DNA of 64,000 bases from Clostridiales bacterium (GTDB taxonomy: Bacteria > Bacillota > Clostridia > Caldicoprobacterales > DTU083), in NCBI GenBank assembly GCA_012837325.1, contig DURK01000123.1:1662-65661 (forward strand), read 5' to 3'. Below are positions 36,792 to 46,590 of the stretch, piece by piece (positions within the stretch are counted from its first letter, which is position 1; each line of letters starts with the position of its first letter). The position numbers and the translations under genes are program-made. Below the pieces are notes generated by a model. It made no database searches. It was not told the origin of the DNA and was given only the letters and a program-made list of their open reading frames with translations.

Positions 36792-37332
36792 ATTCTGAAA
36801 ATAATACAGTTTGATGGTGTTGCTCTGCTTCCAATGGTGGTAATTCTTTCAAGGTCGTTAATCCAAAGCTTCTCAAAAAAAGGTCGGTGGTGCCATACAG
36901 AATAGGCCGGCCCGGCGCATCCATTCTGGCTACTTCATGGATAAAACCCCTGTTTACCAGGGTGTTTACGATATAGTCGCACTTCACCCCTCTTATTGCT
37001 TCAATGTCCGCTTTTGTAACAGGCTGCTGATAGGCAATAATAGCAAGGGTTTCCAAACCAGCTTGAGACAAATTTTGTTTATGCACCTGTCCTAAGTATC
37101 GTTCAATATATTCGCTGTACTCTGGCTTGGTAGCCAGCTGGTAGGTGTCGTTAACCATAACAATCTGCAGTCCGCGCTGTTCCAATTGAAAACTATCAAT
37201 CATTTTCTTTATATATTTACGAACCAATCGAACATCCAAATCCAGTATCCTGCTGATTTCTTTTGCACTTACCGGATCGCCGGACACAAATAGAATGGAT
37301 TCTATAACACCTATTATTTCCCTTTCATCCAT
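36778..37332 (-). CDS. scpB: segregation and condensation protein B
   Basis: 184 aa with tandem winged-helix domains (IIGVIESILFVSGDPVS...). Overlaps scpA by 8 nt. Confidence 0.88.
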   Translation of the reverse strand: MDEREIIGVIESILFVSGDPVSAKEISRILDLDVRLVRKYIKKMIDSFQLEQRGLQIVMVNDTYQLATKPEYSEYIERYLGQVHKQNLSQAGLETLAIIAYQQPVTKADIEAIRGVKCDYIVNTLVNRGFIHEVARMDAPGRPILYGTTDLFLRSFGLTTLKELPPLEAEQHHQTVLFSEFEKK

Positions 37333-38071
37333 TATATGTTCTCCTCTTAATCACGATATCCCCAAAGGGGTAAGCTTGACTGACATCAATAAAGTTATCC
37401 TTTAATAGCTCCAATAAAGCTAGAAAGGTTACAATGATTTCTTCGCGGTCAAATTGGTTCTGGAACATTTCAAAAAAAGTGGTTTGGAAGCGACTGGAAA
37501 AATACTTCTTGAGACTGCTCACTTTTTCTTTGATTGTAATGGGATCTCGTTTAATCTCATGTACCATTGGTTGTCTTTCACGAATACTGCTTCTCCTGGA
37601 ATGAAGAAGCTCATACAATGCATCTTGCAGCATACGGATGTCCAAATCAGCAGGAAAAACTTCTTTGTTATCTGCTTGAAGCCTTTCCTCAGGCAGCTTA
37701 AAGAACATGTTTGAGAAACAGGATTCTCGTTCCCGCAAGCGCACTCCTGCCTCCTTATATTTCTTGTATTCCAGTAGTCTTGTAATCAACTCCTGTCTTG
37801 GATCACTTTCGTCTTCCAGAGACAGCTCCGGTTCCTGCTTGACTTTGGGGACAAGCATACAGGACTTAATATGCAATAAGGTTGCCGCCATGACCAAGAA
37901 GTCGCTTGCTACTTCGATATCGAACTGATCCATCATCTGCAAGGTGTCTAGATATTGCTCTGTGATTTCAGCTATGGAAATTTCCTCAATTTGAACTTTG
38001 GATTTGGAAATTAGATGAAGCAAGAGATCCAATGGACCTTCAAACTGCTGCAATTTAACAAGATAGGACAT
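37325..38071 (-). CDS. scpA: segregation and condensation protein A (kleisin)
   Basis: 248 aa with the N-terminus FEGPLDLLLHLI. Confidence 0.88.
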   Translation of the reverse strand: MSYLVKLQQFEGPLDLLLHLISKSKVQIEEISIAEITEQYLDTLQMMDQFDIEVASDFLVMAATLLHIKSCMLVPKVKQEPELSLEDESDPRQELITRLLEYKKYKEAGVRLRERESCFSNMFFKLPEERLQADNKEVFPADLDIRMLQDALYELLHSRRSSIRERQPMVHEIKRDPITIKEKVSSLKKYFSSRFQTTFFEMFQNQFDREEIIVTFLALLELLKDNFIDVSQAYPFGDIVIKRRTYNG

Positions 38072-38094
38072 CGTCTTACCACCTTCATGGATTG

Positions 38095-38751
38095 CTACAG
38101 ACCTAATAACTTCATACCATTTGAAACCAAAAATCGATAAACAGCATACGCAGGAATGCTGACTGCGGTATCAAATAATCCCAGAAGCAAAAAGGCAATC
38201 AAAATATAGGTTCCATACCGCTCGTAAAGCAAAAATAAACGAATGTTCGATCGAAAGAACAAATTCTTGATTATCCGATATCCATCCAAAGGTGGGATAG
38301 GCAAAAGATTTAACAAACAAAAAACAATATTGAGATATATTATGTAATCTGTTATAGCAAGGATTGTATCCACTGCAGGATAATTTGGTGCGAATGCGGA
38401 CAGTGCAACATACAAAAAGACTGCTATAACTGCTGTCAGAAGATTGGCAGCAGGTCCCGATAAAGCAACCAATATATCTCCGAGTCTCTTTTTTCGAAAC
38501 TTGGATGGGTTGACCTGTACGGGCTTGGCCCACCCAAACCCAAATAAAGCAAATAAAACCAGCCCCATCCAATCAATATGAACCAAAGGAGCCAGTGTGA
38601 GGCGACCATGCTTTCTTGGTGTATCGTCTCCCAGCCTATCTGCAGTCCATGCATGAGCAAACTCATGAAAAGACAAAGCAAGAAATACAGCTGGTAAACT
38701 GAGTATAATTTCCATAGGCTGTCGAAACATTTGTTCTCCTCCAAAAAACAT
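38095..38751 (-). CDS. site-2 protease family (M50) membrane metalloprotease
   Basis: 218 aa with an HEFAHAW (HExxH) motif in a TM helix and a downstream LDG motif. Confidence 0.75.
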   Translation of the reverse strand: MFFGGEQMFRQPMEIILSLPAVFLALSFHEFAHAWTADRLGDDTPRKHGRLTLAPLVHIDWMGLVLFALFGFGWAKPVQVNPSKFRKKRLGDILVALSGPAANLLTAVIAVFLYVALSAFAPNYPAVDTILAITDYIIYLNIVFCLLNLLPIPPLDGYRIIKNLFFRSNIRLFLLYERYGTYILIAFLLLGLFDTAVSIPAYAVYRFLVSNGMKLLGL

Positions 38752-38768
38752 TCACCTCATTATAGCAT

Positions 38769-38796
38769 AAAAAAGTGCGCCTTAGCACACTTTTTT
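38769..38796 (-). terminator. terminator hairpin between the PBP5 gene and the M50 gene
   Basis: AAAAAGTG.GC-ctta-GC.CACTTTTT hairpin with flanking A and T runs. Confidence 0.5.
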
Positions 38797-38824
38797 ATCT
38801 GGTTTGGTATCTCTTGGATCATCT

Positions 38825-39991
38825 TCAGGTCTGTTTTCTTATCCAGTTATTAAATATTTTCTTGAAATAGTCAAATACATTTGCTTTTTGAACATTCCGA
38901 TCCGATACAATATCCAAGGTTTGTAAAACCTTTGTTCCCTGTTTTATGGTCAATGTTCCAATTTTATCACCCTGTAGTAAAGGTGCTTGAATCTTTTCTT
39001 CCACAACTACTTCTTTATCAAACTCTTTGGATTCTCCGACTTTTACTAGAAACGCAGCATTTTGTGAAACGATGCCGTTGATTCGCTCTTCTCTTCCCCC
39101 GAAGACAACAACATCACTCTCTACTATTTGACCATTTTTCAAAACTGATACCACTTCATAATTGGCAAATCCGTAATCCATCATTTTGGTTGATTCCGAA
39201 AACCTTACTTTGGTAGAAGGGGCATTTAATACGATAGCCAACAACCGCATATTTCCACGCTTGGCGGTTGCAGACAAACAATAACCAGCTTCTTGTGTAG
39301 AGCCCGTTTTTACACCATCCGCTCCATCATAAAATCGAATCAAGCGGTTGGTATTGGCCAATTCGGTTTTGTTTTGACTTTCCTCTAAGGTATCCCACCA
39401 AATGGTGCTCCAGCGGAAAAACAACGGATGCTTAAGAAGTTCTTGCGACATTAAGGCTACATCATGTGCTGTCGAATAATTATTATCAGCAGGAAGTCCG
39501 GTCGCATTGGCAAAGCTGGTGTTTGTCATACCCAACTCCTTCGCACGCTCATTCATTCTGGATACAAAAACCTCATGGGTGCCTGAGATCTTCTCTGCCA
39601 ATGCAACGCTGGCGTCGTTGCCGGAAGCTATTACGACAGCCTTGAGCAATGCTTCCACTGTCAGTGTTTCTCCTTCATGCAGGAATACCTGAGAACCGCC
39701 CATTGAAGCAGCAAGTTCACTGATTTGAACAGGTTCATCCAAGCTTAATTTCCCTTCATCGACAGCTTCAAGAGCAAGTAAGATAGTCATAATTTTGGTC
39801 AAACTTGCAACAGGTAGTTTTTCGTGAGAATTCTTTTCATATAATATGGTGCCAGTTTCGTAATCCATCAGTATTGCAGATTTTGCCTGAACATCAAATG
39901 GCGGCTGTTCTGCGAAAGCTACAACAGCATTTGACATGACAAGCAAAATAACGAGTATCAATGAAAAAAAGCTGTTACGAAATTTCCTCAT
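38825..39991 (-). CDS. D-alanyl-D-alanine carboxypeptidase (PBP5 type with C-terminal domain)
   Basis: 388 aa with a signal peptide and the motifs SLTK, SGN and KTG. Confidence 0.8.
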   Translation of the reverse strand: MRKFRNSFFSLILVILLVMSNAVVAFAEQPPFDVQAKSAILMDYETGTILYEKNSHEKLPVASLTKIMTILLALEAVDEGKLSLDEPVQISELAASMGGSQVFLHEGETLTVEALLKAVVIASGNDASVALAEKISGTHEVFVSRMNERAKELGMTNTSFANATGLPADNNYSTAHDVALMSQELLKHPLFFRWSTIWWDTLEESQNKTELANTNRLIRFYDGADGVKTGSTQEAGYCLSATAKRGNMRLLAIVLNAPSTKVRFSESTKMMDYGFANYEVVSVLKNGQIVESDVVVFGGREERINGIVSQNAAFLVKVGESKEFDKEVVVEEKIQAPLLQGDKIGTLTIKQGTKVLQTLDIVSDRNVQKANVFDYFKKIFNNWIRKQT

Positions 39992-40105
39992 TTTTTCCCT
40001 CCTTATCGGCTTTTTCTAACAATAGGTTTTCCAACAAGGATGGTTGTTATTCGAAGGTGTTACTGGCTGAATTCACTGCAGAAGAGTCAAGAAACCTTTA
40101 AAAAT

Positions 40106-41278
40106 CTAAATCTTAATTTTGGATTTAAAGCTGATTCCATGTAATGAAGGCTCAACTCCCAGTAAATCCAGAACGGTTGCACCAATGTCGCTGAAGCTAT
40201 CAAGTACGCCTAGATCAACACCCTTTGTTAAGGAATGCCCGTATACCAAAACCGGTATGTACTCTCTGGAATGATCCGTACTGGCAGTGGTTGGGTCGCA
40301 GCCATGATCTGCAGTCAAAATTAAAACATCATTTTCACTTAGAGAATCCATTAATTGTGGAATTCTCCTGTCCATGGTTTCAAGTGCATGGGCGTAGCCC
40401 TTAACATCGTTCCGGTGTCCATACAGCATATCAAAATCCACCAAGTTGGTAAAAATCAAGCCTTTGGTTTCACTTTGAATGAGCTGCAGCGTTTCGTTTA
40501 TTCCGTCCTCATTGCTTTTTGTCTTAATAGAATTCTTGAGCCCTCTGCCTGCAAAAATATCACTTATTTTTCCTACACCGGTAGTAGGAATGCCATTCTC
40601 AGTTAATACATCTAAAATAGTAGGCGCAACTGGGGGTAAAGAAAAATCCTTCCTTTTGTCAGTTCGGACATATTTCCCTGATGTACCGATAAAAGGTCGT
40701 GCAATCACTCTGCCTACTCCATGTTTTCCCTTCAGTATTTCCCTCGCTGCCTGACAGTATTCATAGAGTTTTTCTACTGGAACGAAATCTTCATGGGCAG
40801 CGATTTGAAAAACACTATCCGCAGACGTATACACAATCAATTTCCCGGTTTGTATATGCTCGTCTCCCAGTAAATTTATAATTTCGCTTCCGGAAGCGGG
40901 TTGATTCCATAGGCTGAGGGTATTGGTTGCTTTGTGAAAAGCATCCATGACTTCAAGCGGAAAGCCGCTGGGGTAAACTGGAAAAGGCTGACTAAGCTGA
41001 ACTCCGGCAATTTCCCAATGACCGGTTGTTGTATCCTTGCCTTTTGATTTTTCATTTGCCTTGCCAAAGTTACCAACTGGTGACGAATGGTAGTATGGAA
41101 TTCCAATGTCTCTTATGTTTCCAATCCCCAGCTTAACCAGGTTGGGTATTTCAAGACCATCCATTTTTTTTATTATGTTTCCCAGCGTATGACTTCCTTG
41201 ATCACCAAAGTCAGAAGCATCTGGCAATTCCCCAACGCCTACACTATCCATAACGATTAAAATTACTCTGTCAATCAT
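40106..41278 (-). CDS. deoB: phosphopentomutase
   Basis: 390 aa with the N-terminus VILIVMDSVGVGELPDA. Confidence 0.9.
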   Translation of the reverse strand: MIDRVILIVMDSVGVGELPDASDFGDQGSHTLGNIIKKMDGLEIPNLVKLGIGNIRDIGIPYYHSSPVGNFGKANEKSKGKDTTTGHWEIAGVQLSQPFPVYPSGFPLEVMDAFHKATNTLSLWNQPASGSEIINLLGDEHIQTGKLIVYTSADSVFQIAAHEDFVPVEKLYEYCQAAREILKGKHGVGRVIARPFIGTSGKYVRTDKRKDFSLPPVAPTILDVLTENGIPTTGVGKISDIFAGRGLKNSIKTKSNEDGINETLQLIQSETKGLIFTNLVDFDMLYGHRNDVKGYAHALETMDRRIPQLMDSLSENDVLILTADHGCDPTTASTDHSREYIPVLVYGHSLTKGVDLGVLDSFSDIGATVLDLLGVEPSLHGISFKSKIKI

Positions 41279-41340
41279 AGATTTCCTCCTGTAACATCAT
41301 ATAGTTATAATAACCAGATTCTAATGGTTTCAATTACATA

Positions 41341-41380
41341 AAAACAAAGCCCATCCAGGTTATGATTTTGGATGGGGCTT
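41341..41380 (-). terminator. rho-independent terminator overlapping the xerD stop
   Basis: On the - strand: AAGCCCCATCC-13 nt-GGATGGGCTT followed by TGTTTTT. Confidence 0.6.
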
Positions 41381-42247
41381 GATAAAAGTATCTTTTTTCA
41401 TTTCCAACTGCATCTGGCTGTAAATTTGAGTGGTAGAGAGATCGGAATGTCCCAGCATTTCTTGAACAGATCGGATATCCGCCCCGCTTTCCATTAAGTG
41501 AACAGCAAAAGAATGTCTCAGCGTATGCGGAGTGATTTCCTTATCGATATTGGCTGATTCTTTGTATTGTTTGATAATTTTCCAAAAACCCTGCCGTGTC
41601 ATTCTCTTTCCATGTACATTAACAAACAGAGCCATTTCACTTTTATCCTGCACCTGCTTATTTCTAGCTTCTTTCAAATAATTTTCCAGGTGATGAATTG
41701 CAGCAGAGGAAATTGGAATAATCCGTTCTCTGGAGGCTTGACCGATGCATTTGAGCCAGCCTATCTTTATATTGATATCTTCCAGGTTAAGAGCAATCAA
41801 TTCGGATACACGGATGCCGGTAGCATAGAGCAGTTCTAGCATGGCTTTATCTCTTAAAGATTTAAAATCCTTCCCTCGGGGTTGACTCAACAGGCGGGTT
41901 GCTTCATAAAAGGTGAGTGCACTTGGAATTTTTCTTTCATTTTTAGGTGGTTGCAGGTTAGTTGTAGGATCCTTCTTTATCAGACGCTGTGTCAATAAAT
42001 ATTTGTAATAACTTCTCAAAGAGGAAAGTTTGCGGAGAATCGTGGCCGGCGCCATATCTTCCTTCTCCAGATAAAGCATATAAGATAAGATGATTGCGTT
42101 AGAGGAATGATTGATATCAAAAATATTCTTTGAAAGTAAAAACTCAATATGCTGCCTGACATCCGATAAATAGGACTCCAGTGTGTTGGCGGAAAGGTTT
42201 CTTTCTGATTTCAGGTATGCAGTATATGTATCGAAATAAAAATTCAT
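41360..42247 (-). CDS. xerD: tyrosine recombinase XerD (RipX type)
   Basis: 295 aa with an RHRY catalytic set (TPHTLRHSFA, LGHSDLSTTQIY). The deoB-xerD-spoIIM neighbourhood matches B. subtilis. Confidence 0.8.
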   Translation of the reverse strand: MNFYFDTYTAYLKSERNLSANTLESYLSDVRQHIEFLLSKNIFDINHSSNAIILSYMLYLEKEDMAPATILRKLSSLRSYYKYLLTQRLIKKDPTTNLQPPKNERKIPSALTFYEATRLLSQPRGKDFKSLRDKAMLELLYATGIRVSELIALNLEDINIKIGWLKCIGQASRERIIPISSAAIHHLENYLKEARNKQVQDKSEMALFVNVHGKRMTRQGFWKIIKQYKESANIDKEITPHTLRHSFAVHLMESGADIRSVQEMLGHSDLSTTQIYSQMQLEMKKDTFIKPHPKS

Positions 42248-42347
42248 TTAAATATCCTCCTGAATTTACCAAAACGGATAACTTTCCAAAATTAGTATTC
42301 AACAAAAATACAAAAAATCCTCTAATAATTACATAAGACTTCTGATT

Positions 42348-42983
42348 TCAATTAAATACCCATTTAAACAAGCCGAAAAATGCGGGAGTAACATAGGCTT
42401 CCAATAAGCTTCCAATTGTTAAAAACAGCAACAAAATTACTGTTTTCATAATATATTGCATCGTTTCTCTCTTTATCTGTTCTCTGGGCAGAGTGGTTTT
42501 TCTATTTTTGAAACGTTCCATCGAATTCTCCATAGCGATTACTCCGATTAACAGAAATCCACTAAGATAGATCAATGTTTGCGGGAAAATGCAGAGCAAT
42601 GAAAACAAAAAACCGCCTACTCGATATTGTTCCAAAAGAAAACCAACCGCAAAACCAATAAAAAAGCTTCGTATACCTACAAAAAGGAATACAAATGGGA
42701 TTCCAAACAGCACAAAACCTGCCAGCCAGATAATAAACGAGCACTGAATATTTTGCTTTGTAGATTGCCAAAATACTGCATTACGATTAACTGATTCATG
42801 GATGTTTTGTTGAAAAAATGTTTCTAAATAGCTGCCTAATGCAAGCTTCTGATCAATTGTCATAGCACCGGCAGTAAAAATGCCGGAAGCAATTCCAGTC
42901 AAGATTGCGAATAAAACGATTAGGTACAGGGTTATTTTTTTTTGCATATGTAGAATAATATCGGTCCTTAATCGTTTCAGCAC
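42348..42983 (-). CDS. spoIIM: stage II sporulation protein M
   Basis: 211 aa with a GTG start and five hydrophobic segments. Family resemblance and synteny. Confidence 0.75.
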   Translation of the reverse strand: MLKRLRTDIILHMQKKITLYLIVLFAILTGIASGIFTAGAMTIDQKLALGSYLETFFQQNIHESVNRNAVFWQSTKQNIQCSFIIWLAGFVLFGIPFVFLFVGIRSFFIGFAVGFLLEQYRVGGFLFSLLCIFPQTLIYLSGFLLIGVIAMENSMERFKNRKTTLPREQIKRETMQYIMKTVILLLFLTIGSLLEAYVTPAFFGLFKWVFN

Positions 42984-43033
42984 CTGTTGTGCCCCCTATC
43001 AAACCAGTATACTGATAACTATGACAGACAAGC

Positions 43034-44143
43034 TTATTTTATAACCCTGCTCGAAGAGCAAAATGTTGACAATGCTTTTTTTGCTACCGCTCCGATCGTA
43101 TAAAAAAATGCTGGATCTTCCATCATTCCTCTGCCCATAGTTGTGACAGAGATTCCATAGTGTTCCATTGCATTGCGAATCTCTCTGCCGTCTGTGATAA
43201 ATATATGATGTTTACCATGCAAACTGTTCTCCTGCAGTTGTTGATATAAAAACCTCATCTTATCCTTCTTCAGGCTGGGCAGGATGATTGAAATAGGTGA
43301 TTGCACAATATCTTTTAGTATAGTCAAAGAATGATGGCTGATCCCATAATGACGAGCACGTGTTTCTGCAAAACTGATTCTAGGAATAAAGAAGCACTTC
43401 CCTCCATAACGATAAGCTAAATCCAGATATAATCCCATGTCCAGTCCAGAAAAACCATAACGGGTGCCTGTTCCTGTAATCCCAGGCCCCATAGAGACCA
43501 GAATGATATCACATTTTTGAATAGCTGAAGCTGCTTGCATACCGGTATAAATATTAACACATTCCACATCACCTCCGAAAGCATTCCCTATTGTTATGAC
43601 GGTATCGAGAATACTGCATTCTTTTAAATATGCAATATTTTTACTGAAAGCCATAGGAAGAGCTGCATGATCTGTCATAATATAACCAATCCGAAGGTTG
43701 ATTTTAGAAAAATACTTAAAAAAGGCACAAAGAGGTGGAATCATACTATGTAACTCCCCGAAGCAGACTATTCTGCCTGCCAAATTCAACGGAGTGTCAA
43801 AAATTGCCTTTTGCTGAGCAAACTCTTCTTCGATAAAGGAAACCTTAACCTGCGAAGGTGTATATCGTACCTTCATTCCATGTCCTTCTGGAGACATGGA
43901 TAATTTCGCCAGAGTGTGATTAGCCATTACAAAATGATAACCCCCTGTGCCAAGAGACAAGGAAGCAGCTGTGGTATTCAACGTTACCTGATCCCCCACT
44001 GATACCTGGCCAGTAATTCGATTGTAGTTTAACGCTTTTTTTACAGGATGCTCTGTATCCAGTATTACTTCTGTAATGTCTTTACCCTGAGATAAAATTT
44101 TCAAAACTTTCCCTGCATATGCTTCTAACACGAATTGGTTCAC
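43034..44143 (-). CDS. DUF3866-like protein, function unknown
   Basis: 369 aa. The GTG start overlaps the upstream stop by 4 nt. The LSLGTGGYHFVMAN region is as I recall for DUF3866. Confidence 0.5.
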   Translation of the reverse strand: MNQFVLEAYAGKVLKILSQGKDITEVILDTEHPVKKALNYNRITGQVSVGDQVTLNTTAASLSLGTGGYHFVMANHTLAKLSMSPEGHGMKVRYTPSQVKVSFIEEEFAQQKAIFDTPLNLAGRIVCFGELHSMIPPLCAFFKYFSKINLRIGYIMTDHAALPMAFSKNIAYLKECSILDTVITIGNAFGGDVECVNIYTGMQAASAIQKCDIILVSMGPGITGTGTRYGFSGLDMGLYLDLAYRYGGKCFFIPRISFAETRARHYGISHHSLTILKDIVQSPISIILPSLKKDKMRFLYQQLQENSLHGKHHIFITDGREIRNAMEHYGISVTTMGRGMMEDPAFFYTIGAVAKKALSTFCSSSRVIK

Positions 44144-44964
44144 CTTTCCTCTTGTTTTCTTCCTAACATATCAATTTTTTTTAATAGAGGGATATTTTCA
44201 ATGGATGCAGAAAGAGAATGGAACTCCGTAAACAAGTGGAGAAAAAGAAGCAAGAAAAGTAAAATTCCTTTTATCGCCGGTGTAAGAACCAAAACACCAT
44301 AAAATCCTAAAATTCCTCCAAGCAAATTTGATCCTATGTCCCCCAGCATATAAACTTCTTCCATCTCTCCTCTTATATAAAACATCAAAACAGTAATTAT
44401 CGGCATAACATACTGCATTTGGGAAAAACCAGAAAAGACCGCTATTAGAAAAACAATGACAGCAAAGCTCTTAATTGCCCTTCCAGGCCTCAGATCCATT
44501 AAATTGACAGTGTTTACTGAAAAAGCAAATACAAATGTATCCAAGATTAATAGAATCCATCCATTATTTCGAAGCCATGCCAGTAAGAAGCCAATCAGAA
44601 CCCCGGTTATTGCCTTCAGTATGCCTGTTGAAAAACTCCCTTTAAGAAAGTTTTTAATGTGATCCGCTAAACCTTTTGAAGAGGAATCACCAAGTAAATC
44701 ATCCAACATACCACAAAAAGCAAGTGACAGGATGATTATGACAAACAAAGGCAGCAGTGGAGATGGACTGATTAAAAAACTTGGCAGGACAGCCAAAAGG
44801 CAGGGAATTAGGATTAGTAATCCGCCGCTTCCCAGTACCTGTTCACCTGCATAATTGCGCTGGACCACGTTTTTTTGCTTCAGAAAATACATAATTTGCC
44901 CTCTTATTGCATAAAAAGAGAAACCTGAAATTGCTGACGAAAGCAATAGTAAAGTAATATACAA
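44140..44964 (-). CDS. polytopic membrane protein, degenerate MraY/WecA-like (polyprenyl-phosphate sugar-phosphate transferase fold)
   Basis: 274 aa with a TTG start and about 8 TM helices. The motifs GMLDDLLGD and VNTVNLMDLRPG are reminiscent of GT4-family DDxxG and NxxNxxDGxDG. Confidence 0.5.
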   Translation of the reverse strand: MYITLLLLSSAISGFSFYAIRGQIMYFLKQKNVVQRNYAGEQVLGSGGLLILIPCLLAVLPSFLISPSPLLPLFVIIILSLAFCGMLDDLLGDSSSKGLADHIKNFLKGSFSTGILKAITGVLIGFLLAWLRNNGWILLILDTFVFAFSVNTVNLMDLRPGRAIKSFAVIVFLIAVFSGFSQMQYVMPIITVLMFYIRGEMEEVYMLGDIGSNLLGGILGFYGVLVLTPAIKGILLFLLLFLHLFTEFHSLSASIENIPLLKKIDMLGRKQEER

Positions 44965-44989
44965 TCTTCGTCCTGCTCCTTATAAAGTT

Positions 44990-45688
44990 TTATCCCCCCG
45001 AATGAGAGTTCATTATTGATTTTTTTAGAATTACCCTTAGAATATCAGTGAATTGATGGAATCGATGCAAAAATCCCTGAATATCCCGTCCTGTTGTACG
45101 ATGCGTCATGTTCACATCAACCTCCAGAACTTTTATATTTTTCAATAACATATCCACCGTCATTCCGAATTCAACTCCAAATCCCTTATAATCAAAAAAA
45201 TCAGAAGATAATACATTATGTAAAAATGCTCTCTGACCGGACAAAACGCTGCTTAGGCTGCTTCCGGTTAAGACTTGCAGCCCCCATGCTGCCAGGGCTT
45301 TTACAAGCCCAAAGCCTCCCTTTCCAGGGGTCATTGGAAATCGTGCGATGGTAGCGGCTGCCTTGCCTTCACAAATCGGTTTAACCAGACTGGTGATTTG
45401 ATCTGCACCTTCACCAATATCACCATCAAGAAAAACGAGAATATGAGTATGCATGGTTTCATATCCTTTTTTCATTGCATAAGCTTTGCCTTTGTTTTGT
45501 GTTAAAGATAATACATCAGCTCCCGCTTCGGCAGCAATAAAAGCAGTGTTATCTAAAGAACCATCATCTACAACAAGAATACGGTCAATATAATGTAAAA
45601 GATATAATGTTCTGATTGTATGCTCTATTCGATCTCCCTCGTTATATGCTGGAATGACAACTCCAATGTCATACCCATTTATGCTCAT
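44990..45688 (-). CDS. family-2 glycosyltransferase
   Basis: 232 aa with VVIPAYNE, VVDDGSLD and FLDGD (DxD) motifs. The ATGA start overlaps the upstream stop. Confidence 0.75.
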   Translation of the reverse strand: MSINGYDIGVVIPAYNEGDRIEHTIRTLYLLHYIDRILVVDDGSLDNTAFIAAEAGADVLSLTQNKGKAYAMKKGYETMHTHILVFLDGDIGEGADQITSLVKPICEGKAAATIARFPMTPGKGGFGLVKALAAWGLQVLTGSSLSSVLSGQRAFLHNVLSSDFFDYKGFGVEFGMTVDMLLKNIKVLEVDVNMTHRTTGRDIQGFLHRFHQFTDILRVILKKSIMNSHSGG

Positions 45689-46590
45689 TGGAGATTCCCT
45701 CCGTGTGTTGCTTGTCCTCCTCTTATCTCAGAAAGGGACCTTTGATAAAACAAGGGTTTGGGGAGTCTATCCAGACCTTCGGAGTCAAAATCAAAATTCC
45801 CTCTATTACCGGATAGTATAGATGTAAGGGCAAGCCTCCCATAAATGGATTCCAGCTGATCAACTGTTGATATTCCTAAGGACTTGTATTTTAAAACCGC
45901 ATCATCTTCCATTTCTCCCGTACCCACTGCAACCAAAGAAACACCTGCATCCTTTGCATTTTGAATAAAAATGCTGTCATATTCAAGAATTGACGATCCT
46001 CGTCCGATTAAGATAACTGCATCTACAGGGAAATCATAATTCCCTATGTGAGAAATTATCATCAAACCTTCAGCTTCTTCAACCAAGGGGCTGGAAACAC
46101 CATAATTCATGCAAAACAACAACTCTTGCATAATTGCAGACATCATTTCATCAGGTTGCTGTGCAGCATGAATCATTGTTTCACTATTGTCGCTCTCGTT
46201 GGAAAATATGGTTACTGCAGACTGAACCGATGCACCAGCCAAATCCAGGAAACTTAACAGTTCTTTCATAGGAGCCTGACTGGAAAAGTTTATTATGCCT
46301 ACATGTATTCCATTTAACTTGTCTTGTACCAGTTCAGTTAACAATAGTGAGGATAATTCATATAACTGTGATTTTTGATTCTCTAACTTTTCGAGCTCCA
46401 ATTTCATCTGCTCTGTCTCGATGCGCAGACTGTCAAAATGATCTTCAATTTGATGAATCAATTGGGTTTGCTGGTTTTCTATTATATTTTGATTTTCTAA
46501 TGTAATACCGATCATCATTCCCAAACCCAAAGCAAGAAAAATCCCCACAATAAGCAATACAAAGAATTTGATGTTGATCATTCCAATCAC
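45685..46590 (-). CDS. MctB/SteB-like 'copper transporter' family protein
   Basis: 301 aa with an N-terminal TM helix, a coiled coil and a C-terminal alpha/beta domain. The GTG at 46590 abuts the steA stop; an alternative ATG is at 46581. Confidence 0.6.
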   Translation of the reverse strand: MIGMINIKFFVLLIVGIFLALGLGMMIGITLENQNIIENQQTQLIHQIEDHFDSLRIETEQMKLELEKLENQKSQLYELSSLLLTELVQDKLNGIHVGIINFSSQAPMKELLSFLDLAGASVQSAVTIFSNESDNSETMIHAAQQPDEMMSAIMQELLFCMNYGVSSPLVEEAEGLMIISHIGNYDFPVDAVILIGRGSSILEYDSIFIQNAKDAGVSLVAVGTGEMEDDAVLKYKSLGISTVDQLESIYGRLALTSILSGNRGNFDFDSEGLDRLPKPLFYQRSLSEIRGGQATHGGNLQ

